Assembly (NCBI GenBank): GCA_043744555.1
Contig: JAYTUL010000001.1
Coordinates: forward strand, 1 to 40,243
Direction: 5' to 3'
Length of the DNA: 40,243 nt
From: a bacterium
GTDB taxonomy: Bacteria > Patescibacteriota > Minisyncoccia > Phycocordibacterales > UBA6899
This document shows positions 15,871-25,185 of the stretch, piece after piece. The notes below the pieces were generated by a model that was not told the origin of the DNA, ran no database searches, and worked only from the letters and a program-made list of their open reading frames with translations. The position numbers were made by a program, and so were the translations under genes. How positions within the stretch are numbered: the first letter of the stretch is position 1; each line of letters begins with the position of its first letter.

Positions 15871-16881
15871 ATGAATAATACAACAAACAACAAAAAAATA
15901 TTAATTACTGGTGGTGCGGGCTTCATCGGATACCATCTGACTAAGCGCCTTGCCGCACAAGGGCACACTATCGTCATAGCTGATAATTTCTTCCGCAGTG
16001 AGCATGATTCCGACCTTAAGGATGTTTTGGAAAATCCGAACGTGTCACTCTATCAAGCTGACCTCACGAAACCTGAGGCATGGGCAGGAGTAGGAGATGG
16101 CTACGATGAGGTCTATCACCTTGTCGGTATCAACGGGACGGAACTTTTCTATCAAATACCGCACGAAGTTCTGCGCATTGGTATTGCAACGACAATGAAC
16201 GTGCTGGATTGGTTTCGCACGGTCAACAATAAGCCGAATGCAAAGATCCTCTATACCTCTTCTAATGAGGCTTATGGGGGCGCACTTGAAGCGTTTGTCC
16301 AACTTCCCATACCCACTCCAGAAAATGTGCCACTGGTCATTGCAGACCCCTATAACGCACGCTGGTCTTACGCAGGTCAGAAGCTAATTGGAGAGCTCTT
16401 CTTTATTCATTATTCGAACGCATATAACTTCCGCATGTCTATCGTGCGCCCTCACAATTTTTATGGTCCACGTGAGGGATATAAGCATGTGATCCCTGAG
16501 GTGATAGAGCGTATCAAGGAACGCGTCGACCCATTCCCAATATTTGGTGCAGATGACACACGTTCCTTTTGCTATATCGACGATGCCATCGAGGCAATAC
16601 AGAGAGTGATGGAATCTGAAAAGACAGACGGCGGTACATATCATATCGGTACACACGAAGAAACCGTGATAAAGGATCTCATTGAAATTATTTTTGACAT
16701 CATGGAGTGGCGACCAAAAGAGCTCGATATTAAAAATTCTCAGGAAGGGTCAGTGAAACGCAGACTACCTGATGTTTCAAAGATCCATCGCGATCTTGGC
16801 TGGAAGGCGAAGGTCGGACTTGAGGAGGGACTCCGCCCGATGATTGAGTGGTATATTAAGAATCCAAAGCCAACAAAATAA
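15871..16881 (+). CDS. NAD-dependent epimerase/dehydratase family protein (extended SDR; UDP-glucuronate decarboxylase/4-ketoreductase-like)
   Basis: From the ATG at 15871 (the track start 15829 is a GTG): KKILITGGAGFIGYHL, TSSNEAYG, YAGQKLIGE (YxxxK), VRPHNFYGP. Confidence 0.85.
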   Translation: MNNTTNNKKILITGGAGFIGYHLTKRLAAQGHTIVIADNFFRSEHDSDLKDVLENPNVSLYQADLTKPEAWAGVGDGYDEVYHLVGINGTELFYQIPHEVLRIGIATTMNVLDWFRTVNNKPNAKILYTSSNEAYGGALEAFVQLPIPTPENVPLVIADPYNARWSYAGQKLIGELFFIHYSNAYNFRMSIVRPHNFYGPREGYKHVIPEVIERIKERVDPFPIFGADDTRSFCYIDDAIEAIQRVMESEKTDGGTYHIGTHEETVIKDLIEIIFDIMEWRPKELDIKNSQEGSVKRRLPDVSKIHRDLGWKAKVGLEEGLRPMIEWYIKNPKPTK

Positions 16882-16908
16882 AATACCGCCTTGGCGGTAT
16901 TTTATTTT
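16875..16908. terminator. Bidirectional intrinsic terminator between convergent genes
   Basis: Perfect 34-nt palindrome aaaataaaataccgcc tt ggcggtattttatttt. It has a GC core stem (taccgc/gcggta) flanked by A/T tracts on both sides. It lies between the stops at 16881 (+) and 16930 (-). Confidence 0.7.
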
Positions 16909-16929
16909 GCTCTCCATCTCCTCGCCTGC

Positions 16930-18027
16930 TTACTTGTTGTCTTTGTAGAAAGATATTATTTCTCTGCAAACACGAAGTATGTCCTTGTCGGTGAGTGTAA
17001 ATGCCGACGGTAGCCAAAGTGAAATAGGGGACATCCTCGTGCTTTCTGGGAAATTTTTGTCGGAGCGTTTGTATGCGAGTTGTCGGTGGATGGGATACCA
17101 ATATTTGCGAGAGTCTATGTCAAGCGAGCGAAGATGCGCCTCGAGCTGATCACGCTTGGCGGTGGAGATATCGGTCCATTGCGGGATTCCTCCTGCTTGA
17201 AGCGGAAATATATGAATGTCGCCAACGCCTGTGAGGTGCTTCTGATACAATTCATAATTGCGTTCCATGCGCTTTGTGCGCTCTTTGAGGTGTGTAAGTT
17301 GTCCTAATCCGACCGCAGACTGTAGATCAGTGATACGGAGGTTGTAGCCTATCGTAGAGTGCACGTCATCACCGCCAGTTCCTCGTGCCGGTCTGCCCTG
17401 ATTCTTGAGCGGTTTCAAAGCCTCATATATTTTTTTGTCGTTCGTAACGATCATTCCACCCTGACCGGTTGATATAGTTTTGTTTGGCGAAAACGAGAAG
17501 CAGCCTGCACTGCCCCATGTGCCGAGGTATTTCCCTTTATATACAGACATGAGCGCTTCTGCGGCGTCTTCAATGACGACAAGTTTGTACTTCTTTGCGA
17601 TGCGTATTATTTTTTCCATATCGCAAGCTCTGCCGGTCACATGCACGGGTACGACAGCTTTTGTTTTTTTAGTTATGGCATTTTCTGTTGCACTTGGTGA
17701 TAGGGTAAGCGTGCTCGGATCGACGTCGACAAGGATCGGAGTGGCTCCGAGCATGTCAACGGCGTTGACGGTGGCAATAAATGTGATATCAGGAACGATC
17801 ACTTCGTCGCCGCGCTTAACTCCTGCGGCTTTAAGTGCGAGAAAGATGCCAATGGTGCAGTTATTTGTTGCCACTGCGTATTTTACGCCGAGCAATTTTG
17901 CGATCTCAGCTTCGAAGCGCAGAGTCAGAGGGCCTTCGTTGATGAAGTTCGCATCAAGAGCTGATGCTACGAATTTGTAGTCCTCTTTCTCGATTTGTGG
18001 CTGCCACCAAGGGATTCTTTTTTCCAT
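16930..18027 (-). CDS. DegT/DnrJ/EryC1/StrS-family PLP-dependent NDP-sugar aminotransferase
   Basis: MEKRIPWWQPQI..., NNCTIGIFLALKA, CFSFSPNKTISTGQGGMIVTN (PLP lysine), GYNLRITDLQSAVGLGQL. ATG at 18027; a GTG at 18033 is also possible. Confidence 0.9.
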   Translation of the reverse strand: MEKRIPWWQPQIEKEDYKFVASALDANFINEGPLTLRFEAEIAKLLGVKYAVATNNCTIGIFLALKAAGVKRGDEVIVPDITFIATVNAVDMLGATPILVDVDPSTLTLSPSATENAITKKTKAVVPVHVTGRACDMEKIIRIAKKYKLVVIEDAAEALMSVYKGKYLGTWGSAGCFSFSPNKTISTGQGGMIVTNDKKIYEALKPLKNQGRPARGTGGDDVHSTIGYNLRITDLQSAVGLGQLTHLKERTKRMERNYELYQKHLTGVGDIHIFPLQAGGIPQWTDISTAKRDQLEAHLRSLDIDSRKYWYPIHRQLAYKRSDKNFPESTRMSPISLWLPSAFTLTDKDILRVCREIISFYKDNK

Positions 18028-18038
18028 ATTCACTCTGA

Positions 18039-19286
18039 TTATTTGCTAATGATCTTGGGGGTAGGAAGTGGCATGATGAACTTACCTTTGTAACCCAGCT
18101 TGCGATATATCTTCATAAGTTCTTCGCCAATGTGCCACGAGAGTACCAACGCATATTCAGGCTGCTCTTTGAATATCTTTGCTTCGTCAAATACTGGAAT
18201 GTGCGTACCGGGGGTATAAAGCCCGATCTTCGGAGATCCTGCCTTTTCACCTGCATAAGAAACGAGGTGAGTGTTGATCTTTGAAAAACCAAGTAGTGTA
18301 TTTGAGCGTGCGGCACTCGATATGCCCGCAATTGTGCCACCCTCATTCTTCACTTTTAATAGTAGTGTCAATAGTGCATTTTTTGCCGAAATGACGCGTT
18401 CGCCAAAGGCGCGCAAAGACTTCGTGTCATAAAGGCCGAGCTTCTCTTCCTCGCGGATAATCTCGCGTACGCGTTCTGATGGTTTGTGATCTCCGATCTT
18501 CATAAATACCCGAATCGATCCTCCAGCGGCAGAGATACGGTACGCGTCAACGACGCTCATGCCCGCACTTTTTGCGAGATAAAGCAGTGGCTTCATTGCG
18601 TAGAAACGCAGATGTTCGTGGTAGATAGTATCAAATTCTAGATTTTCGACGATATCAGCGAGATATTGCGATTCTGAGACAAAAACACTGTCTTTGTCCA
18701 TGAGTGTCTTTATGGAACGGATCAACCCCGGTGTGTCGTTGATATGGGCGAACACGTTTGTTGCAGTAACAACCTTCGCTTTGCCGTGCTTGGCGACTAT
18801 TTTTTTTGCACTAGTGAGGTTAAAGAATTCTTCGTACGTTTTTATCTTGTTCTTGTTCGCAACTCGGGCAGCACCTGTTGGCTCGACTCCCACTACTCGC
18901 ATTCCTCTTTTCTTGAAGGAGTTAAGTAGCGTTCCGTCATTTGAGCCAATATCGACGATCAGGTCATTATTAGAATACTGATTTTCAGCTTTCATTGTTT
19001 CAGCGAGTGATTCAAAGTTTCTAATGAGCATATTGGTGAGGCCAGTGCGGTATGGGTATGTGGTGGGAAAAACAAGTTTAGGGTCCACGATATAATCAAT
19101 CTGAAGAAGTTGGCATTTCTCACAGCGCACAAGACGAAGCGGATAAGTAACCTCAGCTTCGTGAAGTGTTTTTTCCGTAAGGTAATTCTGCACGATAGGC
19201 TGATGTCCCAGATCGAGGATAGGAACAAGCTTCTTGTTTTCGCAGATCTGGCATTTTTTGATGGCTCCTGTGTCACTTTTTTTCAT
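18039..19286 (-). CDS. NDP-hexose C-methyltransferase (TylCIII/TcaB9-like, SAM-dependent)
   Basis: N-terminal Cys pairs CQICENKK...VRCEKCQLLQ (zinc ribbon), YPYRTG, VDIGSNDGTLL, TNVFAHINDT, DTIYHEHLRFY, and the C-terminal GEKAGSPKIGLYTPGTHIPV. This three-domain pattern is typical of sugar C3-methyltransferases. Confidence 0.8.
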   Translation of the reverse strand: MKKSDTGAIKKCQICENKKLVPILDLGHQPIVQNYLTEKTLHEAEVTYPLRLVRCEKCQLLQIDYIVDPKLVFPTTYPYRTGLTNMLIRNFESLAETMKAENQYSNNDLIVDIGSNDGTLLNSFKKRGMRVVGVEPTGAARVANKNKIKTYEEFFNLTSAKKIVAKHGKAKVVTATNVFAHINDTPGLIRSIKTLMDKDSVFVSESQYLADIVENLEFDTIYHEHLRFYAMKPLLYLAKSAGMSVVDAYRISAAGGSIRVFMKIGDHKPSERVREIIREEEKLGLYDTKSLRAFGERVISAKNALLTLLLKVKNEGGTIAGISSAARSNTLLGFSKINTHLVSYAGEKAGSPKIGLYTPGTHIPVFDEAKIFKEQPEYALVLSWHIGEELMKIYRKLGYKGKFIMPLPTPKIISK

Positions 19287-19310
19287 GTTTATTAATTATC
19301 TTAATGGGTG

Positions 19311-19338
19311 TTGAATATGTAAAATATTTAAGTATTAT
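19311..19338 (+). promoter_or_regulatory. Candidate sigma70-like promoter for the acetyltransferase/GT4 genes
   Basis: TTGAAT (19311-19316), a 16-nt spacer, then TATTAT (19333-19338), ~90 nt upstream of the ATG at 19429. Pattern match only. Confidence 0.3.
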
Positions 19339-19428
19339 ACTATGACAGTAAAAGATGGATACTTGACTAAGACTGCTCGATATACCAATATTGAGTGAGA
19401 TGATTAACGGTGGGATGAGCAAATACAC

Positions 19429-20010
19429 ATGAATAAAGACACTTTCCAATTCAATTCTCCCCAGTACGACTACTCTCTCTTGGCATGCGCAGGGGAAGAT
19501 GTTTTTGTCAGCGCCAATTCTGAGATAAGACGTCCGCAATTAGTGAGACTTGGATCCCACATTGCGATCGATTCAGGTTTCTATCTCACCACCGCACTTG
19601 ATATCGGTAATTACGTACATATCGGGCCTTATGTTGCTGTGATTGGGGGCAAAGAAGGTTCACTCAAGCTTGGACACTTTACCAATATCGCTGTCGGATC
19701 GCGCCTTGTGTGCGTCTCAGACCTTTTCACTGGTGAAGGCTTGATAACTGCACCCGGGATTCCAAAAGAATTTACCTCGCTTAAGATAGCACCAATCGTG
19801 ATTGAGGATTTTGTGAATATTGGAGCAGGGGCCACCATTCTGCCAGGTGTTAGGCTCCGAGAAGGATCTGTGATAGGCGCAGGAGCGGTGGTGACGAAAG
19901 ATACAGAGCCATGGAAGATATATGTCGGTAATCCAGCACGGGCGGTCAAAGATAGACCAAAAGCACAGATGCTCGCTTATGCAGAAAAGCTCGGCTATCC
20001 CTTTCCTTAG
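19429..20010 (+). CDS. Left-handed beta-helix (hexapeptide repeat) acetyl/acyltransferase, NDP-amino-sugar N-acetyltransferase-like
   Basis: Repeated [LIV]-G-x4 hexapeptides: IGNYVHIGPYVAVIGG, NIAVGSRLV, VNIGAGATILPGVRLREGSVIGAGAVV, then YVGNPAR. Confidence 0.85.
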   Translation: MNKDTFQFNSPQYDYSLLACAGEDVFVSANSEIRRPQLVRLGSHIAIDSGFYLTTALDIGNYVHIGPYVAVIGGKEGSLKLGHFTNIAVGSRLVCVSDLFTGEGLITAPGIPKEFTSLKIAPIVIEDFVNIGAGATILPGVRLREGSVIGAGAVVTKDTEPWKIYVGNPARAVKDRPKAQMLAYAEKLGYPFP

Positions 20011-20128
20011 GCGTATGCACCTTAACTTGGGGGCATTTTTTATAACCCAATATTGATTGACAAGGTGACATTACTAAGCACTGTGATTCTCGTGTTTGGC
20101 AGTATATAATTGTGAGCAAATACCCATT

Positions 20129-21322
20129 ATGAAAATATATTTTATCACGTCAAAGTTAAATTTTAGAAAGGCAGGTGGCTCAGTCGAGGAAATTGATTAC
20201 ATTATTCGCAATTTGATCAACCTTGGGCATCAGGTAACTGTTGTGACGGCATTTTCAAAAAACAACGACATCCCCGATCCATTGCCATATCCATTAAAAG
20301 AAGAGTTCTTCACGTCGAGAGGGCTGGTGGGGATGCAAGTTGAAGTTTTCAATGTACTTAAGAAGTATTCAAAGGAGGCAGATTTTTTTCTTATCGACGC
20401 GCATAATTTTATGTATGGCGCTGGCATGTATCGTTTACTCCGGGGCAGGGTGCCCGTTGGCGGATTTGTAAATCAATTTTTGACTTGTTGGCAACCATAT
20501 ATATCAAGTTTTTTTCCACAGACCAAAGAGGGGATATTCACTAAAACTAAAAAGAAAGTGCGTTGGCTTATTGAAAAGCATATCGGCTTGAGATTTGCAA
20601 ACAGAGTTGATATATTCGCGTATGTTAGTCCAACTTTGCGTAAGACGTATGAAGATTTTGGTATGCGCAAAAGCGAGCGAGACTTTGTTATTGGAGATCC
20701 TATCGACATGAAGCTGCTTATGGAAGCAGCAGGCGTGTCCCAAACCGCTTATCGTGATCGCACTCCCCACCCTGGACCGATACTGCTATTCTTTTCCAGC
20801 CGAATCTCCCCGGGAAAAGGTTTTGATATGTTTCTTCAAGGATTCTCGCGGGTACAAAATAAAGACGATTTTAGGGTCATTCTGGGTGGCACAGGTCCAG
20901 AAGCTGTCTTTGCCGCACAAATGGTAAAGGATCTTGAGCTTGAGAAGTATGTGACATTACCTGGCTGGGTAAGCAAAGAACAGCTATTTGCTTATTATCG
21001 AGAAGCAGATATTTTCATTCAAGCTGATTGGTGGGTTGCCGGAACTTCCATCTCCCTGCTCTATGCGCTCGCATTTGGACTACCATCCATTCTTCCTGGA
21101 GGTGGAGGGTTACAGTGGAATGCGGGGGGCGGAGCACTCTACTTCCCATATCGTGATCCGGATGCTCTCGCGCGAAGGATAGAGGAACTTGGGGCTGATC
21201 CTGAATTACGTGCCAAAATATCAGCAAGTTGTTATGAGCGATTGGCTATGCCCGATATGGACTACCCCGCACTCATTGCCGAGTTCGCCGGTAAACTCGA
21301 AGCAATAAAAAGCAAAAACTAG
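20129..21322 (+). CDS. GT-B fold glycosyltransferase, family 4-like, with an atypical EX7E region
   Basis: From the ATG at 20129 (the track start 20096 is a TTG): MKIYFITSKLN..GGSVE, LLFFSSRISPGKGFDMFL, LGGTGPE, READIFIQ. The expected E-x7-E reads AGTSISLLY. Confidence 0.75.
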   Translation: MKIYFITSKLNFRKAGGSVEEIDYIIRNLINLGHQVTVVTAFSKNNDIPDPLPYPLKEEFFTSRGLVGMQVEVFNVLKKYSKEADFFLIDAHNFMYGAGMYRLLRGRVPVGGFVNQFLTCWQPYISSFFPQTKEGIFTKTKKKVRWLIEKHIGLRFANRVDIFAYVSPTLRKTYEDFGMRKSERDFVIGDPIDMKLLMEAAGVSQTAYRDRTPHPGPILLFFSSRISPGKGFDMFLQGFSRVQNKDDFRVILGGTGPEAVFAAQMVKDLELEKYVTLPGWVSKEQLFAYYREADIFIQADWWVAGTSISLLYALAFGLPSILPGGGGLQWNAGGGALYFPYRDPDALARRIEELGADPELRAKISASCYERLAMPDMDYPALIAEFAGKLEAIKSKN

Positions 21323-22830
21323 GGAATTCGCTTGAACGATTTTGCGATAACGACTAGGGTTTGATATGGCCCCTTATTAAGAACTCTCCCGAAAAAAACT
21401 ATAGTCGATCCATAAATTATCCCTGACAGACAAACAAGCAGTAGGAATCCTGTCGTTGAGTTTGCAAAAGGATACTGCAAGAAATACAGCGCGAACGGTA
21501 GGGGGACAATTATGCCCAAACCTACGATACTTACGCTCTCCAAGATACGTTTCCAGCTCGGAGCTATAAGTTTGTGTACCAATGTTAGCGCGAAGGTGTT
21601 TGTAATGAGCGAAGAAAGTAATAGTGCCCATGCCGCACCAATTATCCCAAACGGAGGTACAAGAAGGAGCAATAGGAGTGTGAATCCTCCCGAATAAACG
21701 ATATTCAAATTGAAATGCAGGCGTGGTTTATTGAGTGCATTAAATATTGGACGTGCAAGGCTTGAGATGATCGCATCAAGTGTGGCTGGGATGACGATGA
21801 TTTTTAGGATAAAACCCATATCTAGCCAACGTGATCCGAGTAATATGCTCACAATATGCTCTCCCGCGACGAGTATTGCTGCAAGAAAAGGAAGTGATAT
21901 CACTACAAGTAGGTCGGTGCTTTTATAAAACCCCTCACGAACATATGCTAGAGAATCGTGTATGGCCGCAAACGTCGAAAAGCCCACCTTTCCTATGATG
22001 CTTGCCACGATTGATGATGGCGCTTGTGCCAAACCCTTAGCTTTTGTATATAGACCAATGTTGCTGGCACCCGCAAAACGCCCAATGAGGACGTTCTCTG
22101 CCGTTAATGCGATCTGATGCAAAATTTCTTGTCCATAGAGCCAAGAACCATAACTCAAGAGCGGCTTGAGCTTTGAAAATCTCATGTCTATGTGTGGACG
22201 GTAATCATTTAATACATAAGTCGAGAGAGCTGCAAACAATAATGCAGTAGTATTTCCTGCAAATAAAGCCCAATATGAATGGAAAGTCAGTGCCCCTGCG
22301 ACAGATATAATACTCGTTGTGCTTTGAATGATAAAATCTCTTATGAAAAACTTCTTAAAGTCTAAATTTCTGGAAAAATAGATCTGTCCAATATTACTAA
22401 ATCCATTAAATATGAGCGGAAGTGCGCTTAACTGAAAAAGAAGGATATTTTCTTCAGCATTAAAAAATTTTACCACAAGAGGTGCAGAAAAAAAAACAAG
22501 AATTGCAATTGCAAATCCGCGCAGTATCTGGAAAGTCCAAACACTATTTAGAAATGGTTTTTCTTTTCCTGACTTGAGAGGAATAAGGGCAGTTTCAAAA
22601 GCTATGGCAGTAAATGAGTCGGCTAAAGCCGGGTAGATTCCCGCGAGGGTTATAATTCCAAAGTCTGCGGGTGTTAAGAGTCTTGCGGTTATGAAAAAGG
22701 TGCCAAAGGCAAACATTTTCTGACTTACCATATTGATGAGGTACCAATGCCCCCCAGCAAGAGATCTTCGCAACGTTTCTTTATTATCTATTGTTTTAAC
22801 TGCAAGTATTTCATCATCTTTTTCATCCAT
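21319..22830 (-). CDS. MOP-superfamily oligosaccharide flippase (Wzx-like polysaccharide biosynthesis protein)
   Basis: 503 aa with about 12-14 hydrophobic helices. The N-terminal LINMVSQKMFAFGTFFITARLLTPADFGI pattern is typical of the Polysacc_synt family. Its stop shares CTAG with the convergent GT4 gene. Confidence 0.8.
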   Translation of the reverse strand: MDEKDDEILAVKTIDNKETLRRSLAGGHWYLINMVSQKMFAFGTFFITARLLTPADFGIITLAGIYPALADSFTAIAFETALIPLKSGKEKPFLNSVWTFQILRGFAIAILVFFSAPLVVKFFNAEENILLFQLSALPLIFNGFSNIGQIYFSRNLDFKKFFIRDFIIQSTTSIISVAGALTFHSYWALFAGNTTALLFAALSTYVLNDYRPHIDMRFSKLKPLLSYGSWLYGQEILHQIALTAENVLIGRFAGASNIGLYTKAKGLAQAPSSIVASIIGKVGFSTFAAIHDSLAYVREGFYKSTDLLVVISLPFLAAILVAGEHIVSILLGSRWLDMGFILKIIVIPATLDAIISSLARPIFNALNKPRLHFNLNIVYSGGFTLLLLLLVPPFGIIGAAWALLLSSLITNTFALTLVHKLIAPSWKRILESVSIVGLGIIVPLPFALYFLQYPFANSTTGFLLLVCLSGIIYGSTIVFFGRVLNKGPYQTLVVIAKSFKRIP

Positions 22831-22835
22831 AACAT

Positions 22836-24344
22836 TTATTTTTTCTGTAATCCGATCTTTTGCGCTAGGAGATGTGAGATCTTGAGAATGCCGTCATTAT
22901 CCATCACTTCTTGCAAGGATCTGGCGTAAACCCAGAGTTCGAGATAATCAAGCGGAATAGAATCTTCGTAAAGAGCGGTGTAATAATTTAAAAGAGAATT
23001 TTCGTCGTGTTTCCATGTCTCAAGCTGCTCTTTTACCAAATATGGCAACTCTTCGAATCCGTAACAACGTTTTACACCAGGTACGTCGTTGTAGTATACA
23101 TCGCCAAATGTAATGATCGGTTTTTTGAAGAGTATGCTTTCCCAGCCCCCTGTCCCTGTAATGGTTAGAGTGAGAGCTGTTTTCTGAACAAGGTCAAGTC
23201 CTCGTATTCGTGGGTTTATCAGTCGTATATTTGGAACTTTTAGCAGTTCTTTGTAATAAGCTCGCGTACGCGAGCCAACCATCGGAGGGTGGTCTTTAAC
23301 ATATAGCATCATGTCGATAGGGAGCGACCGCGCGATCGCCTTTATCAGGGGTATTTGATCTGCATAGTATGGTGCATAGAGCATGGTAGCCATTTCTGGA
23401 TCATAGTGAAGAGGGAAGTATGCAAAACGCTGTTTAGGGTCCACTGGGCTGTAGAGATCTGTGTATCCCCTTATTCCGCGTACTTTTTTCTTGATCTTGT
23501 CCCATACGAGCCACCAAATAAATGCATCGGTATAGTCGTGATTATGGAGCTTTTTGAAATCTTTGATCAGCGTTTTGATGTGCCATCCAATACTCCAAAA
23601 GAGATGTGCGGGCTTCAAAAAAAAGAGATGTGTCGCTCGGCTTGTCTGATCTCTGTGTGTCGGATCAGCTGCTCTTTCAAAGATTGAAGGCGCATTTCGA
23701 AAGTCCTCTAATATTTGTTTTGCCTCTGATGTTTTTTGAGATATTTCACCTGCTTGGAGTTCGTCAAAGCGTTTTTTAACCCATGTGAATCTCTTGTGTG
23801 TTTCGGTGAGAACAACTCTATTGTTGACTCTCGCAACGTCTATCATGATCGTTTGAATTCCACGTTTTTGAGCTATTCGATAGAGGATGTCGCTGCCGAC
23901 CGATCCGATGACTGAAAAGAAAAGTACATCAGGCTTTTCACGATCAAGAAAAGCGATGATCTCTTTCGCGGTGATTTGAAGACGCTGAAGCATTTCTTTA
24001 TGAGAAAGAAGCGCTTTGTTGTGCGGATATTCTCGGATAAGCTGACTACTCATTACTACGCGATCAATGTATAGGTATGGCCAAAGGTTCGGTATTCCGT
24101 ACTCCTTTTCTATCGAACGAAGATAATCAAAGTCTATCTTCTCATCATTAAGTTTTTTATGAATGTCCTCTTCGAGTAAGAGTCCTGTGTACACTACATC
24201 TTTTTGTTTTTTGAGAAATTCTAAGCTGTCGCGCATACTTACAAAGGCGCAGAATTGTACGTCATCGTAGTGTTTATTGATATGGAATGCCATTGAGTGA
24301 CCCAAGAGAACAAAACGGCGTTGTAGAAAAAAGCAGACTTTCAT
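22836..24344 (-). CDS. Capsule-polysaccharide-biosynthesis-like protein (KpsS/KpsC 'Capsule_synth'-like glycosyltransferase)
   Basis: 502 aa, soluble. FAYFPLHYDPEMATMLYAPYYADQ...YVKDHPPM...TITGTGGWESILFKKPIITFG resembles the Capsule_synth pattern. This is recognition by memory only. Confidence 0.5.
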   Translation of the reverse strand: MKVCFFLQRRFVLLGHSMAFHINKHYDDVQFCAFVSMRDSLEFLKKQKDVVYTGLLLEEDIHKKLNDEKIDFDYLRSIEKEYGIPNLWPYLYIDRVVMSSQLIREYPHNKALLSHKEMLQRLQITAKEIIAFLDREKPDVLFFSVIGSVGSDILYRIAQKRGIQTIMIDVARVNNRVVLTETHKRFTWVKKRFDELQAGEISQKTSEAKQILEDFRNAPSIFERAADPTHRDQTSRATHLFFLKPAHLFWSIGWHIKTLIKDFKKLHNHDYTDAFIWWLVWDKIKKKVRGIRGYTDLYSPVDPKQRFAYFPLHYDPEMATMLYAPYYADQIPLIKAIARSLPIDMMLYVKDHPPMVGSRTRAYYKELLKVPNIRLINPRIRGLDLVQKTALTLTITGTGGWESILFKKPIITFGDVYYNDVPGVKRCYGFEELPYLVKEQLETWKHDENSLLNYYTALYEDSIPLDYLELWVYARSLQEVMDNDGILKISHLLAQKIGLQKK

Positions 24345-24426
24345 GGAAATATTATTATTATCTTAAGGTTACGATAGCACAGGGTGGTGTTTCATAAAAG
24401 TGGGCAGGAATGGTAATATTTACCTT

Positions 24427-25185
24427 ATGTATAACCAAAGAAAAGAAAAAATTGTTGCAATTATTGAGGCGCGCATGACATCAAGCCGATTACCCGGAAA
24501 GGTGCTTATGCCGATCGCAGGTATGCCTGCGCTCGAAATGTTGATCACGCGCCTAAAACGAAGTAAATACATAGATGCTATCTGTGTCGCCACGACGACA
24601 AACAAGGAGGATGATCCCGTTATTGCTTTGGCTCAAAAATTAAATGCAGGAACCTTCCGAGGAAGTGAAAGTGATGTCCTTGGCAGAGTCTTGGGTGCAG
24701 CTGAGTCCATGCAAGCCGATCTCTTGGTAGAGATCACGGGTGATTGTCCGTTTGAAGATCCTCTGCTTATTGACCAGGGAATTGAAGAATTTTTCGCACA
24801 TGACGTTGATGTTTCCACAAACCTGATGAAAGAAACATTCGCAATCGGATTTGATGTACAAGTTTATCCGGTCAAAGTCTTAGCTGAAGTAGATAAGCTC
24901 ACTCAAGAACCGATTGATCGTACGCATGTTTCTTATTACATATATCAACATCCGGAGAAATATCGTGTATATAATTTTGAAGCGGACCCAGAACATTACG
25001 GACCGGAGCATCGTTTAACTCTGGATGAAAAGGCTGATTATGAGGCGCTTTGCACTATTGCAGATGCTTTGTATCCTCAAAACCCTGATTTTTCGGCGAA
25101 GGATATCACGTTGTATCTTCGAGCGCACCCTGAAGTAGTTGCTATCAACCAAAATGTGCGTCAAAAAGAATATCATGAACTCTAA
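24427..25185 (+). CDS. Cytidylyltransferase-family protein (SpsF/acylneuraminate cytidylyltransferase-like)
   Basis: From the ATG at 24427 (the track start 24400 is a GTG): KIVAIIEARMTSSRLPGKVLMPIAGMP...ICVATT..EDD. Confidence 0.8.
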   Translation: MYNQRKEKIVAIIEARMTSSRLPGKVLMPIAGMPALEMLITRLKRSKYIDAICVATTTNKEDDPVIALAQKLNAGTFRGSESDVLGRVLGAAESMQADLLVEITGDCPFEDPLLIDQGIEEFFAHDVDVSTNLMKETFAIGFDVQVYPVKVLAEVDKLTQEPIDRTHVSYYIYQHPEKYRVYNFEADPEHYGPEHRLTLDEKADYEALCTIADALYPQNPDFSAKDITLYLRAHPEVVAINQNVRQKEYHEL

